In this document: positions 38,598-47,485 of the stretch, one piece after another | Layout: the number at the start of each line of letters is the position of its first letter | Numbering within the stretch: the first letter of the stretch is position 1 | NCBI GenBank assembly: GCA_023898385.1 | Contig: CP060220.1 | Coordinates: 10,370-74,369 of the forward strand | DNA length: 64,000 nucleotides | DNA from: Pseudobdellovibrionaceae bacterium | GTDB taxonomy: Bacteria; Bdellovibrionota; Bdellovibrionia; Bdellovibrionales; UBA1609 | Direction of reading: 5' to 3' | Program-made: the position numbers and the translations under genes | Notes under the pieces: generated by a model | What the model was told of the DNA's origin: nothing | What the model saw: only the letters and a program-made list of their open reading frames with translations | The model's database searches: none

Positions 38598-38834
38598 ATG
38601 CCGACGATCTTTGTTATTGGCCCATTTAAGATCATCATAAATACAAAAGATCACCGGCCAGCCCATGTGCACTGTGTTGGACCAGGTGTTTTTGTGATTG
38701 TTGAAATTGTGACCCAAGAAGTGATTCGTAATAAAGGGGTTTCTCCAAAGGATATTAAACGGCTGCAATTGTTTATTGAAGGAAACAAGGATGTCTTGAT
38801 GAACGAATGGAGGCATTACCATGAAGAAGAATAA
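38598..38834 (+). CDS. DUF4160-like putative toxin
   Basis: MPTIFVIGPFKIII..KDHRPAHVH...W pattern. Confidence 0.75.
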   Translation: MPTIFVIGPFKIIINTKDHRPAHVHCVGPGVFVIVEIVTQEVIRNKGVSPKDIKRLQLFIEGNKDVLMNEWRHYHEEE

Positions 38835-39063
38835 AGAATCTAAAAGTCTTTTAACAGATAAAGACATGAAGCCTGAAAATGTGAAAGCCAACATCACCAT
38901 TCGCATTTCTGGTGAGTTGTTAAACGCTTACCGCAAAGAGGCCGAAAAGCTTGGAATTGGTTATCAGACTTTGATGCAAATTAAGCTTAAAGAAGGACTG
39001 GATCATTCTCTTGAACGGCGGCTTGAAAAACTTGAAAAGGCCTTGAAAACAAAGGCTGGCTAA
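38821..39063 (+). CDS. BrnA/CopG-like ribbon-helix-helix antitoxin
   Basis: NITIRISGELLNAYRKEAEKLGIGYQTLMQIKL; overlaps the toxin stop. Confidence 0.8.
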   Translation: MKKNKESKSLLTDKDMKPENVKANITIRISGELLNAYRKEAEKLGIGYQTLMQIKLKEGLDHSLERRLEKLEKALKTKAG

Positions 39064-39172
39064 TGCCTTCGGCCCGACTTATCTTATTCGGGACTTAACA
39101 CTTTTGTTCTAGACTTATCGTGGCAGCTCTCAACTCTACCCGTGGGAGCGTTCAGCTAGGGTTTTGGCTTTC

Positions 39173-39241
39173 TTACTTAATTTCATCGAGCGATCTCCTT
39201 AAGCGTTTCTTGCTTGTTTCGATCTCCTTCTGCGGTGTTTT
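39173..39241 (-). pseudogene. C-terminal remnant of a RelE/Gp49-like toxin
   Basis: Reads KTPQKEIETSKKRLRRSLDEIK*; truncated at the island direct repeat. Confidence 0.4.
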
Positions 39242-39379
39242 TAAAGCAACAAAGCCCTGAGCGTTGGCAAGAGCTCAAAGAATTATCTCAGTTGTTAGCG
39301 GCTCCACTTTGAATCCACTGTTCAAGCGCGGCTTGCTCACTGGTGCTGAGATTTACAACGCCATTGATGTGGGTGTTGA
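39232..39379 (+). repeat. Right 148-bp direct repeat bounding island 2
   Basis: Matches 34830-34977 with 3 mismatches. Confidence 0.93.
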
Positions 39380-39785
39380 TCGGAGTGCAACCGCTGACGC
39401 CCCCAAAGTTGTCCTCATAGTACTGACTGCTTACAACACCCATTAAATACGATTGGCTTGGGCTGCCGGCGGCCACATTAGACAACGAACCACAAGTGCC
39501 TGAATTCGATGCCCCGCCCACGGATTGAAATAAACTGAAATAGCCAGTGCTGGTGGAAGAAAAATCCAGCGGGGCGCCTGCCACGTACCCCGATCCGCCA
39601 GGTTGGTGACAGCTGGCGCATTCAGTAGAAAACAACTTCGAATACAGCGAAGAAAACGTGGGCTCCACATCTCCGGCCGTATTTAATGGGTCCGAGCAGC
39701 GGGCTAGTAAGAGCGTAAAAGCCAAGCCAAAAAAACCTTTAACTAAAAGCCAGCCATAATTTTGCAAAGAATGAGCGTTAGGCAA
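39288..39785 (-). CDS. Putative lipoprotein with one c-type heme motif
   Basis: Hydrophobic signal ending LARC; CASCH; start placed at TTG after GAGGAGGGG. Confidence 0.65.
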   Translation of the reverse strand: MPNAHSLQNYGWLLVKGFFGLAFTLLLARCSDPLNTAGDVEPTFSSLYSKLFSTECASCHQPGGSGYVAGAPLDFSSTSTGYFSLFQSVGGASNSGTCGSLSNVAAGSPSQSYLMGVVSSQYYEDNFGGVSGCTPINTHINGVVNLSTSEQAALEQWIQSGAANN

Positions 39786-39877
39786 AGACCCCTCCTCAAT
39801 GGGATATATCAATACAGGTTTACTTATTTCACTATGACGGTGCGTGCAATCCAAGAATTTTGTGTTAGAATTTCGTT

Positions 39878-41521
39878 ATGGGGCACTCATCTTTAGTTTT
39901 AGCCATCGCCGGTATCGCATTTTTTCTATTTGGAATGGGTTTTGCCAGTGACAATCTGCAAAAATTGGCGGCCAACCGTATTCGTGATTTGCTGACCACG
40001 CTGGGTGATCGCCCACTTTGGGGTGTGGTGGTGGGGATTTTAATGACAGTGGTCATTCAAAGCTCCGGGGCGGTGATGAGCTTATTGGTGGGCCTGGGGT
40101 CGGCCGGAGTGGTGACCTTAAGGCAGGTGATGGGGATTATCATTGGTGCCGCTATTGGGACGACTTTTACAGTTCAACTATTAAGTTTAAATATTTCAAA
40201 ATACGGTCTACCCCTGTTTGCGTTTTCTTTTATTGTCTATTTTATCAGTAAAAAGCGCGTGGTTAGGCGTGTGATGAGCGTGTTCATGGGATTTGGTCTG
40301 CTGTTTTGGGGGCTAGATCTTATCGGAGTGGCCACTAGCGATTTGCGGGACGCTCGGTTTTTTGTCGATTTTTTAGATTACTTAAAGGCCAATCCTCTGG
40401 TTACGGTGTTAGTGACTTCAGTGTTTACCGCTGTGGTTCACAGTAGTGCGGCCACTATTGGATTTTCAATGTCTCTGGCGACAACGGGTTTAATCTCATT
40501 GTCTGACGCCATCTATTGGGTTTATGGGGCCAATATTGGAACTACGGCCACAGCCCTGATGGCTTCAACAGGTGGCAACTATGTGGGTCGCCAAGTGGCC
40601 TGGGCGCATTTTTTATTTAAAATTATAAGTGTAGGTATTTTCTACTTTGCCACTGATTTTTTTGCTCACCTTATTGATTTAGATAGCATTCAACGAAACG
40701 TAGCCAATGCCCACACGGCCTACAATATTATTTCAGCAATTTTGTTTTTTCCATTTATCCATATCGGTGCCCGCGTAGTAGAAAAAATGTTTCCGCCCTT
40801 AGATTCAGAAAAAGAATTTTCAACAAAATTCCTAGAACGCGGCACCTATGAAAGTCCGTCGGTGGTCATGGCCCACGCCGAGCGCGAAGTCCTTCGCATG
40901 GGTGACATTGTGTATTCGATGGTTCGAGATTCACTTAAACTCTTTGAAAGGGAAGATCCGGACCTGTTTGAAAAAATCAAAAAACGCGACAACCGCGTGG
41001 ACCTTTTAAACAAAGAGATAAGTCTGTATCTCACCTCTTTCATAGAAAATTCGGAGAGCCTGTTGCAGGGCCAGGTGATTCAAATAGTATCCTTTGCCGC
41101 CGACCTAGAGAGTGCCGCGGACGTGGTAGACAATAGCTTGATTGAACTGGCCAACAAAAAGCACGCCTTAAAGCTTGAGTTCACAAAAGAAGCCTGGGAG
41201 GGCTTGCGCCACCTGCATAAACTGGTGGTTGAAGAAGTGGAGCTTTCACTCAGCGCCTTTCAGCGAAGGGACACCGAGCTGGCCTCAAAAGTTATTTACC
41301 TCAAGCGCGAGGTAAGGAAAGTGGAAAAAGCCCTGCGAGAGGGGCACTTTTCAAGACTCATAGAGGGCCGCCGCGAATCCATAAATACTAGCTCCATCCA
41401 CCTTGATGTATTGCACGAATATCGCCGAATAGCCGGACTAGCGGCCAACCACGTGTACGGTGTCCTTAAAGACAACGATCCATACAACATTATGCCTCGT
41501 AGGGAACCCAACCAAACCTAA
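39878..41521 (+). CDS. Na+/Pi cotransporter family protein with PhoU domains
   Basis: IQSSGA and VHSSAA repeats, GANIGTT, C-terminal PhoU-like helical bundles. Confidence 0.92.
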   Translation: MGHSSLVLAIAGIAFFLFGMGFASDNLQKLAANRIRDLLTTLGDRPLWGVVVGILMTVVIQSSGAVMSLLVGLGSAGVVTLRQVMGIIIGAAIGTTFTVQLLSLNISKYGLPLFAFSFIVYFISKKRVVRRVMSVFMGFGLLFWGLDLIGVATSDLRDARFFVDFLDYLKANPLVTVLVTSVFTAVVHSSAATIGFSMSLATTGLISLSDAIYWVYGANIGTTATALMASTGGNYVGRQVAWAHFLFKIISVGIFYFATDFFAHLIDLDSIQRNVANAHTAYNIISAILFFPFIHIGARVVEKMFPPLDSEKEFSTKFLERGTYESPSVVMAHAEREVLRMGDIVYSMVRDSLKLFEREDPDLFEKIKKRDNRVDLLNKEISLYLTSFIENSESLLQGQVIQIVSFAADLESAADVVDNSLIELANKKHALKLEFTKEAWEGLRHLHKLVVEEVELSLSAFQRRDTELASKVIYLKREVRKVEKALREGHFSRLIEGRRESINTSSIHLDVLHEYRRIAGLAANHVYGVLKDNDPYNIMPRREPNQT

Positions 41522-41742
41522 AGGGGGAGGTGAGGGGTTCGCCAAATAAGTTAAAAAAGTTCTAAATCAAGTAAAAGGGGCGCATCAGGAAGGTGGCGAT
41601 CATCCGATATCAGATATTGGGTTGGGCGGATCAACCTGAGAGTGATTAGCCAAAACTCTGAACCAGCAGGGCTGGAGACACGTCAAAAAAAATCCGAACA
41701 CCCAGAACCAAGACGGAAGTTAGTCGTTGTAGACACAGGGCA

Positions 41743-41933
41743 GGAGTGGAGAGAGAGGGAGGGAGGGCGGCTGAGGGGGGCCGGGAGCCATGGGATCGGC
41801 CATCACGATGTGCATTGCGTATCCGGGTTGCGGCACGCAAGTGACGCAATCCGAAGACGCAATGCGGCCACTCGTGCCGGCCGATCCCATGGCTCCCGGC
41901 CCCCCTCAGCCGCCCTCCCTCTCTCTCCATTCC
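41743..41933 (+). repeat. Long hairpin element, copy 2
   Basis: Arms 41743-41801 and 41879-41933 are complementary apart from a 4-nt bulge and one G-U pair; core shared with copy 1. Confidence 0.9.
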
Positions 41934-42060
41934 GTTCGAACCAGCACCCCCAACCCTCCTTATCACTGATGCGGTGTTTCTGCAGGTGGAGAAGTCCTAG
42001 CTCCTTGGGTTCCCATAGGTTATTAATATTCTTTGAGAATTTTTCGGATTTTGAGGAATT

Positions 42061-42375
42061 GTGGAAGAGTCATCGAAAAACCTATATATGGTTGAAATCG
42101 CCGGCTTGCCAATGAAGTTGCGCTCGTCGCATGACGAAGAAACAGTGAAGCAACTGGCCGCTATGGTTGATGAAAAAGTGAAAGAAGCCCTGGATATTGG
42201 AAAAAACGTATCTTTCCAAAACGCACTTTTATTGGCCTCCCTACATATTGCCGAGGAGCTGATCATATTAAAAAGAACAGCTCTGGGCGAGTTAGATCGC
42301 ATTGAATCACGAACCCAACAACTCCTCACTGATCTGGAAGACTCTCCTGTAGCACGAATTAGATTAGATAACTAA
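42061..42375 (+). CDS. zapA: Cell division protein ZapA
   Basis: VEIAGLPMKLRS...QLAAMVDEKV...LLASLHIAEE; canonical position before fau. Confidence 0.85.
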   Translation: MEESSKNLYMVEIAGLPMKLRSSHDEETVKQLAAMVDEKVKEALDIGKNVSFQNALLLASLHIAEELIILKRTALGELDRIESRTQQLLTDLEDSPVARIRLDN

Positions 42376-42395
42376 TTCTAGGAAGAGTTTGAATT

Positions 42396-43007
42396 TTGAC
42401 AGAAGACAGATCCTTAACTCCATTGCGAGACAAGAGTGTTTTGCGAAAACACTATCAGAGAGTGCGCAACGATTTTGCGGCCACTCCTGAGGCCAAAGCG
42501 GCGTGTGCGCAACTGGTGACCCATCTTAGAAAAGTGTTACCAAACAAGGCAGGCCTTTGTGCGAGCTACCTGAATAAGAGCGGTGAGGCCAGCTTGGAGG
42601 ACTTTCACCGTCAGCCTGAGGGTTGGCAGTTGGCAGTGCCTCGGGTCGATGGTGATGATCTGGATTTTTTCCTGTTCGATTCTGAGGCCGATATGCCGGT
42701 CAATCGTTGGGGAATTCGAGAGCCGCGCCCAGAGGGGTCGCAGGCTGTGGATTTGTCCCAGTGCCAAGTGGTTTTGGTGCCGGGTGTGGCCTTTGATATT
42801 TTTGGACATCGACTGGGGCATGGAAGGGGTTTCTATGATCGGGCGTTGGCCAAATATTCGGGTTTAAAAGTGGGTGTGGCTTTTGAAGTTCAAATTGATG
42901 AAAAGCCGTTGCCGGCAGATAGCCACGATGTGGTTATGGATTGGATTGTCACTGAAAAGCGAACGATTCAAACACAGCCGGCGGCAGGTGTTGAAAGGAT
43001 GGTTTAA
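42396..43007 (+). CDS. fau: 5-formyltetrahydrofolate cyclo-ligase
   Basis: VLVPGVAFDIFGHRLGHGRGFYDR, HDVVMD. Confidence 0.92.
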   Translation: MTEDRSLTPLRDKSVLRKHYQRVRNDFAATPEAKAACAQLVTHLRKVLPNKAGLCASYLNKSGEASLEDFHRQPEGWQLAVPRVDGDDLDFFLFDSEADMPVNRWGIREPRPEGSQAVDLSQCQVVLVPGVAFDIFGHRLGHGRGFYDRALAKYSGLKVGVAFEVQIDEKPLPADSHDVVMDWIVTEKRTIQTQPAAGVERMV

Positions 43008-43009
43008 AA

Positions 43010-44593
43010 ATGGATAGCTCAATGGTTTTAACGGGCGTGATTGGCCTGTTAGCGGGAGCGGTTTTTGGCGTTTTAGGTCTCTATATTTATCGACAAATGC
43101 TCGATGAAAAAGTCCGCGATTTTGCAAAAGTGGAAGCAGACCGCATTATGAGTAAGGCCAAATCTAACGCCAATCGTTTAGAAAGAGATGCTCAGAAAAA
43201 AGCCAAAGACTTTGAGGTGAGAGCTCGACGTAATGCCGAAAACGACATTCGTAAAGAGAAGCAAAAGATCCAGCAGGTCGAAGGGCAGTTGAAGAACAAA
43301 GAGTCCCGGCTAGAAAAAGAGTATCAGAAAAAAGCTGAGACCTTGCAGTCAAAGCTGGGTGAAACAGATGAGCGAGAACAGCGCCTAGAAATTGCTGAGC
43401 AGCGAATAAAAGACCTCGAAAAACAAACCACGGGCAAGATCAATGAGTTGCAAGAAAAACTAGAGGCCGTGGCCAACATGAGCACGGACCAAGCCCGGCA
43501 CGAGTTAAAGACGGCCCTTGAAGAGGACGCGCGCCGAGAAGCTTCTCAAAAGCTTTCCCATATTGAAGAAGAGGCCCTCAAAGAGGCCAATAAAAAAGCC
43601 CGCCAGATTCTTTCAACAGCCCTGGCTCGCTATGCCAGTGAAGTCACTACCGAGCGAACGGTGACGAGCCTTCCGCTTTCGGGCGATGAGATGAAGGGAA
43701 AGATCATCGGCCGTGAGGGGCGAAATATTCGGGCCCTCGAAGCGGCTTGTGGTGTCGATATTATTATTGATGAAACGCCGGACTCAGTGATGGTTTCTAG
43801 TTTTGACCCGGTTCGCCGCGAAGTGGGACGCCGGACTTTGCTTAAGCTTATGGACGACGGGCGTGTACATCCTGCACGCATTGAAGAGGTGGTGGATAAG
43901 GTTAAAAAAGAACTGCTTCGGGATATCAAAGAGGATGGCGAAAAGGCTTGTTTTGATTTGGGTATCCCCAATGTGCACCCAGAGATTTTGAACCTGCTTG
44001 GAAGTCTTAAATACCGCAGTTCGGCTACGCAAAATCTATATGAACACAGTTTAGAAGTGGGATATGTGGCGGGTTTAATGGCCGCTGAAATCGGGGCTGA
44101 TGTGAAGTTGGCAAGGCGAGCGGGATTGTTGCACGACATTGGCAAATCCATTGACCATACTGTTGAAGGCAGTCATGCCATTGTCGGCGCTGATTTTGCG
44201 CGTCGACATGGTGAAACCGATCAGGTTGTGCATGCCATTCGGGCTCACCATGGTGAAGAAGAGCCACAGTCAGTGACAGCTCACATCGTGCAAGCGGCCA
44301 ATGAGTTTTCAAAAGCCCGACCTGGGGCTCGACGGTCTTCGATGCAAAATTTCATTCGTCGATTGGAAGACTTAGAATCTATTGGCAATAGTTTTGATGG
44401 CGTAGAGCGCACGTTTGCTATTCAATCGGGTAAAGAAATTCGAGTGCTTGTGGATAGCGGTAAGATCACGGATGACCAATCTGTGATGTTAAGCCGAGAT
44501 ATTGCTAGAAAGATTGAGCGTGAGTTGAACTATCCTGGGCAAATTAAAGTGAATGTTGTGCGAGAGACACGAATGGTGGAGCACGCTCGATAA
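43010..44593 (+). CDS. rny: Ribonuclease Y
   Basis: N-terminal TM and coiled coil, KH domain (KGKIIGREGRNIR), HD domain (LLHDIGK). Confidence 0.96.
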   Translation: MDSSMVLTGVIGLLAGAVFGVLGLYIYRQMLDEKVRDFAKVEADRIMSKAKSNANRLERDAQKKAKDFEVRARRNAENDIRKEKQKIQQVEGQLKNKESRLEKEYQKKAETLQSKLGETDEREQRLEIAEQRIKDLEKQTTGKINELQEKLEAVANMSTDQARHELKTALEEDARREASQKLSHIEEEALKEANKKARQILSTALARYASEVTTERTVTSLPLSGDEMKGKIIGREGRNIRALEAACGVDIIIDETPDSVMVSSFDPVRREVGRRTLLKLMDDGRVHPARIEEVVDKVKKELLRDIKEDGEKACFDLGIPNVHPEILNLLGSLKYRSSATQNLYEHSLEVGYVAGLMAAEIGADVKLARRAGLLHDIGKSIDHTVEGSHAIVGADFARRHGETDQVVHAIRAHHGEEEPQSVTAHIVQAANEFSKARPGARRSSMQNFIRRLEDLESIGNSFDGVERTFAIQSGKEIRVLVDSGKITDDQSVMLSRDIARKIERELNYPGQIKVNVVRETRMVEHAR

Positions 44594-44602
44594 GATCGTA
44601 AG

Positions 44603-45838
44603 GTGGTATTTGAATTGTTTCCGTTAAAACCTGAAGAACAACTTCGAGAAATTAAACTGGGATCCGTTGATTTGGTTTCTGAGGCTGAACTGTTGGCCAA
44701 ATTGAAAAAGAGCTATGAGACAAAAACGCCACTACGGGTGAAGGCCGGCTTTGATCCCTCTCGTCCGGATTTACATTTAGGGCATGTGGTTTTAATCAAT
44801 AAAATGCGGCAGCTGCAAAATCTTGGTCACCACGTCATGTTTCTTATTGGTGATTTTACCGGGTTAATAGGTGACCCCACCGGTAAAAATGAAACTCGCC
44901 CAGCTCTCACCGAAGAAGAAGTGCAGGAGAACGCCAAAACCTATGCTCGACAAGTGTTTAAGGTATTAGATCCAGAGAGAACCGAGGTCTTGTACAATTC
45001 GCAGTGGATGGGCCAATTGACGGCCACGGATTTTATTCGGCTAGTGGCTCAATACAATGTGGCTCGAATGCTTGAGAGAGATGATTTTAACAAACGCTTT
45101 AAAGGTGGCGAGTCCATTGCTATTCACGAGTTCTTATATCCATTGGTTCAAGGTTATGACTCTGTGGCGATGAAGGCCGATCTTGAGCTGGGTGGCACAG
45201 ATCAACGGTTTAATTTGTTGGTGGGGCGTGACATACAAAAAGCTTACGGCGTTTCACAGCAATGTATATTAACAATGCCCATTCTTGAAGGCCTAGATGG
45301 CGTTCAAAAAATGTCAAAGAGCCTTAATAATTATATCGCAGTAGAAGATTCCCCAACTGAGATGTTTGGTAAAACCATGCGGCTTTCAGATGAACTAATG
45401 GTTCGCTATTACGAACTTTTAGGCGACATGACTGCAGACTCCTTGGCACAGTTTAAAAAAGATCTATCTATTGGAAAAAAGCATCCCCGCGATGCGAAAG
45501 CAGATCTGGCCAAAAGTTTTGTCGCGCGCTTTCATTCGTCAGAAGCCGCGACAAAGGCCGAAGAAGAATTTAATCGAATGTTTCAACAAAAAGGGCTGCC
45601 CGATGAAATGCCTGAGGTGGTTCTTTCGGCCCAAGACTCCATGGGGTTATGTCAATTGATTGTGGCGGCCGGACTGGCTAAGTCCAACGGTGAAGCCCGT
45701 CGGTTGGTTGAGGGGCGTGCCATAGAGCGGGACGGAGAAAAACTTTTGGACCCAAAAATGTTTATGAGTTTGTCATCGGGTGAAGAATTTGTGTTGAAGG
45801 CGGGCAAGAAGAGATTTGCAAAGGTGAAGGTGAGCTGA
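44603..45838 (+). CDS. tyrS: Tyrosine--tRNA ligase
   Basis: [27 protein letters not shown]-terminal S4 domain. Confidence 0.96.
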   Translation: MVFELFPLKPEEQLREIKLGSVDLVSEAELLAKLKKSYETKTPLRVKAGFDPSRPDLHLGHVVLINKMRQLQNLGHHVMFLIGDFTGLIGDPTGKNETRPALTEEEVQENAKTYARQVFKVLDPERTEVLYNSQWMGQLTATDFIRLVAQYNVARMLERDDFNKRFKGGESIAIHEFLYPLVQGYDSVAMKADLELGGTDQRFNLLVGRDIQKAYGVSQQCILTMPILEGLDGVQKMSKSLNNYIAVEDSPTEMFGKTMRLSDELMVRYYELLGDMTADSLAQFKKDLSIGKKHPRDAKADLAKSFVARFHSSEAATKAEEEFNRMFQQKGLPDEMPEVVLSAQDSMGLCQLIVAAGLAKSNGEARRLVEGRAIERDGEKLLDPKMFMSLSSGEEFVLKAGKKRFAKVKVS

Positions 45839-45839
45839 C

Positions 45840-46391
45840 GTGAAGGTGAAGTTTGTTCCCCAAAACGTAGAATTTGAGATCGCTCCAAATCAGTCGGTGA
45901 TGGACCTGGCCCATGAAAACGGATTGCCGATCAAATCGGTTTGTAATGGAGTGCCCTCGTGTGCTGAATGTCGCGTGAAGATCGTAGAGGGTGATCACAA
46001 TGTGTTGCCGCCATCGAATAAAGAGTTAAGTCTTATTGGCAGTGGCTACTTTTTGGATCAAAGACGGCTTTCCTGCCAGTTGCAGGTCTTCGGTGATATC
46101 ACTGTGGATTTAAGTGAACAGATGAATAAAGTCCAAGATGTGGGTAAGCGCCGGCCTCAGGGCGGAGTGGCCAAATCGGACACCGAAGAGTCCTACGCCG
46201 TGCAAGGAAGCCTTATAGAAGAAGATGCCGATCTAATGGCTCAATCAGAAAATTTGGTAAAAGAAGAAACTGTCGCGGCTCAACGATCAGCCCCCTCTGG
46301 TGACGGAAAATCAGGTCCGTCCAGAGGCAACGACCGCCAAGACTCGCGAAAGCGACGAAACCGTCGTCGCCCGCGTCGGCGCAAAGATTAG
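45840..46391 (+). CDS. 2Fe-2S ferredoxin-domain protein with basic tail
   Basis: CNGVPSCAEC...RLSCQ. Confidence 0.85.
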   Translation: MKVKFVPQNVEFEIAPNQSVMDLAHENGLPIKSVCNGVPSCAECRVKIVEGDHNVLPPSNKELSLIGSGYFLDQRRLSCQLQVFGDITVDLSEQMNKVQDVGKRRPQGGVAKSDTEESYAVQGSLIEEDADLMAQSENLVKEETVAAQRSAPSGDGKSGPSRGNDRQDSRKRRNRRRPRRRKD

Positions 46392-46711
46392 TGTAAATAG
46401 CGACTGTAAAACGGAGAGTCTGCATTGATGTCTTCTGTAAGCATCAACGCCACTGCTTTTCGTTGACCGATTTCATCTGCAAAAGACCGCTCAAGGGAGT
46501 GTAGTACATTGGTGAGGTCTTCGCCATCGGCCTGCACATCAAAGAAAAAAGCATCATTTTTAACCTGGAGCACGAGCTTGTGATTGCTGTTATCTTTGTC
46601 TGGCCATTGTCTGACCTCAAGCAATATAGCGGTTTGAGGCGTACGGCTTTGCAGACGGTGAACGAACTCTTCAAGTCGCTTTGCCATAGCTTGATCTATA
46701 ACTACATTCAT
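46388..46711 (-). CDS. Hypothetical protein
   Basis: 107-aa ORF filling the gap between ferredoxin and the OMP gene; no recognised motif. Confidence 0.5.
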   Translation of the reverse strand: MNVVIDQAMAKRLEEFVHRLQSRTPQTAILLEVRQWPDKDNSNHKLVLQVKNDAFFFDVQADGEDLTNVLHSLERSFADEIGQRKAVALMLTEDINADSPFYSRYLH

Positions 46712-46813
46712 AAAACCTTAACCTCCGCTATTAAATGTGGGGCCGTTTTTGAATATGTCAAAAATCTAATTTGATTAACTATTTCAGATAGTTACTGTTT
46801 TTCAGTGCGATCG

Positions 46814-47377
46814 TTAATAAACGTAAGCTATGCGCGACAAAATGGTCACAAAGCTATCCACCACAGTCACATCACTGCCAGAAAGCTGCTTTTTAACGGG
46901 TAAACCGTAATAATAGCGAACTTGAAACCCCGCCACAAACTGGCTACTCAGGTCGAAATCGATTCCGGCACCTCCGCCAAGACCCACGCCGTTAGCTGCG
47001 GCCGTGTCTGTGCCTGATGTTAAAGAATTCAAGATCAGCGTCATACCACCTGTGTAGCTTAAATAAATATTTCGAAAGGCCTCATAGTAGTTTGAGATAT
47101 TAATTCCTAAACCCGTATGAGTGAGGTCGCCGGCACTGCTGGACAGAAAATCCATCTCATACACGAGGTCATCGCTAAACATATAGGCAAAATGCAGACC
47201 ATATCCAATCCCATTGCCACCAGCAGCCAGTGCTCCTTGAGGCATAAAGTTTCCAGCTAAAACCCCGAACCGAAAATCGTTTTCAGCAATACCATGGGCC
47301 TGCATGGTGGCGGAGACGATGAAGAGACCAACGATGAAACGTAACAAGGGAGACTCCTTCTGTGTAATGCGATGCAA
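46814..47377 (-). CDS. Small outer-membrane beta-barrel protein
   Basis: Signal peptide, alternating beta strands, terminal aromatic (IAYVY). Confidence 0.75.
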   Translation of the reverse strand: MHRITQKESPLLRFIVGLFIVSATMQAHGIAENDFRFGVLAGNFMPQGALAAGGNGIGYGLHFAYMFSDDLVYEMDFLSSSAGDLTHTGLGINISNYYEAFRNIYLSYTGGMTLILNSLTSGTDTAAANGVGLGGGAGIDFDLSSQFVAGFQVRYYYGLPVKKQLSGSDVTVVDSFVTILSRIAYVY

Positions 47378-47424
47378 CTAAGACAAAAATCCAGAACACC
47401 TCGATTTTATTTTCGGATCTGGCC

Positions 47425-47451
47425 TCAAGTCAATGCCGGGGTTGGCCGATG
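47425..47451 (+). promoter_or_regulatory. FliA/sigma28-like promoter
   Basis: TCAA-N15-GCCGATGG upstream of ATG 47486. Confidence 0.6.
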
Positions 47452-47485
47452 GTGACATTGTCTATTGAGCTTTTGGAGGAATGAA

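Noticed and set aside
38490-38906. 138-aa minus-strand ORF
   Set aside because: Antisense shadow of the TA pair, which has a clear promoter and family motifs.
34830-39379. Flanking direct repeats as assembly artefacts
   Set aside because: The copies differ at 3 (island 2) and 5 (island 1) positions and end at biologically sensible gene boundaries. Not fully excluded without reads.
41743-41933. Hairpin copy 2 as 6S RNA or SRP RNA
   Set aside because: Near-perfect GC-rich arms, no open central bubble, no SRP helix-8 motif, and a second copy with unrelated arms. A covariance-model search would settle it.
41642-42115. ORFs across hairpin copy 2
   Set aside because: GC-rich inverted-repeat artefacts overlapping zapA.
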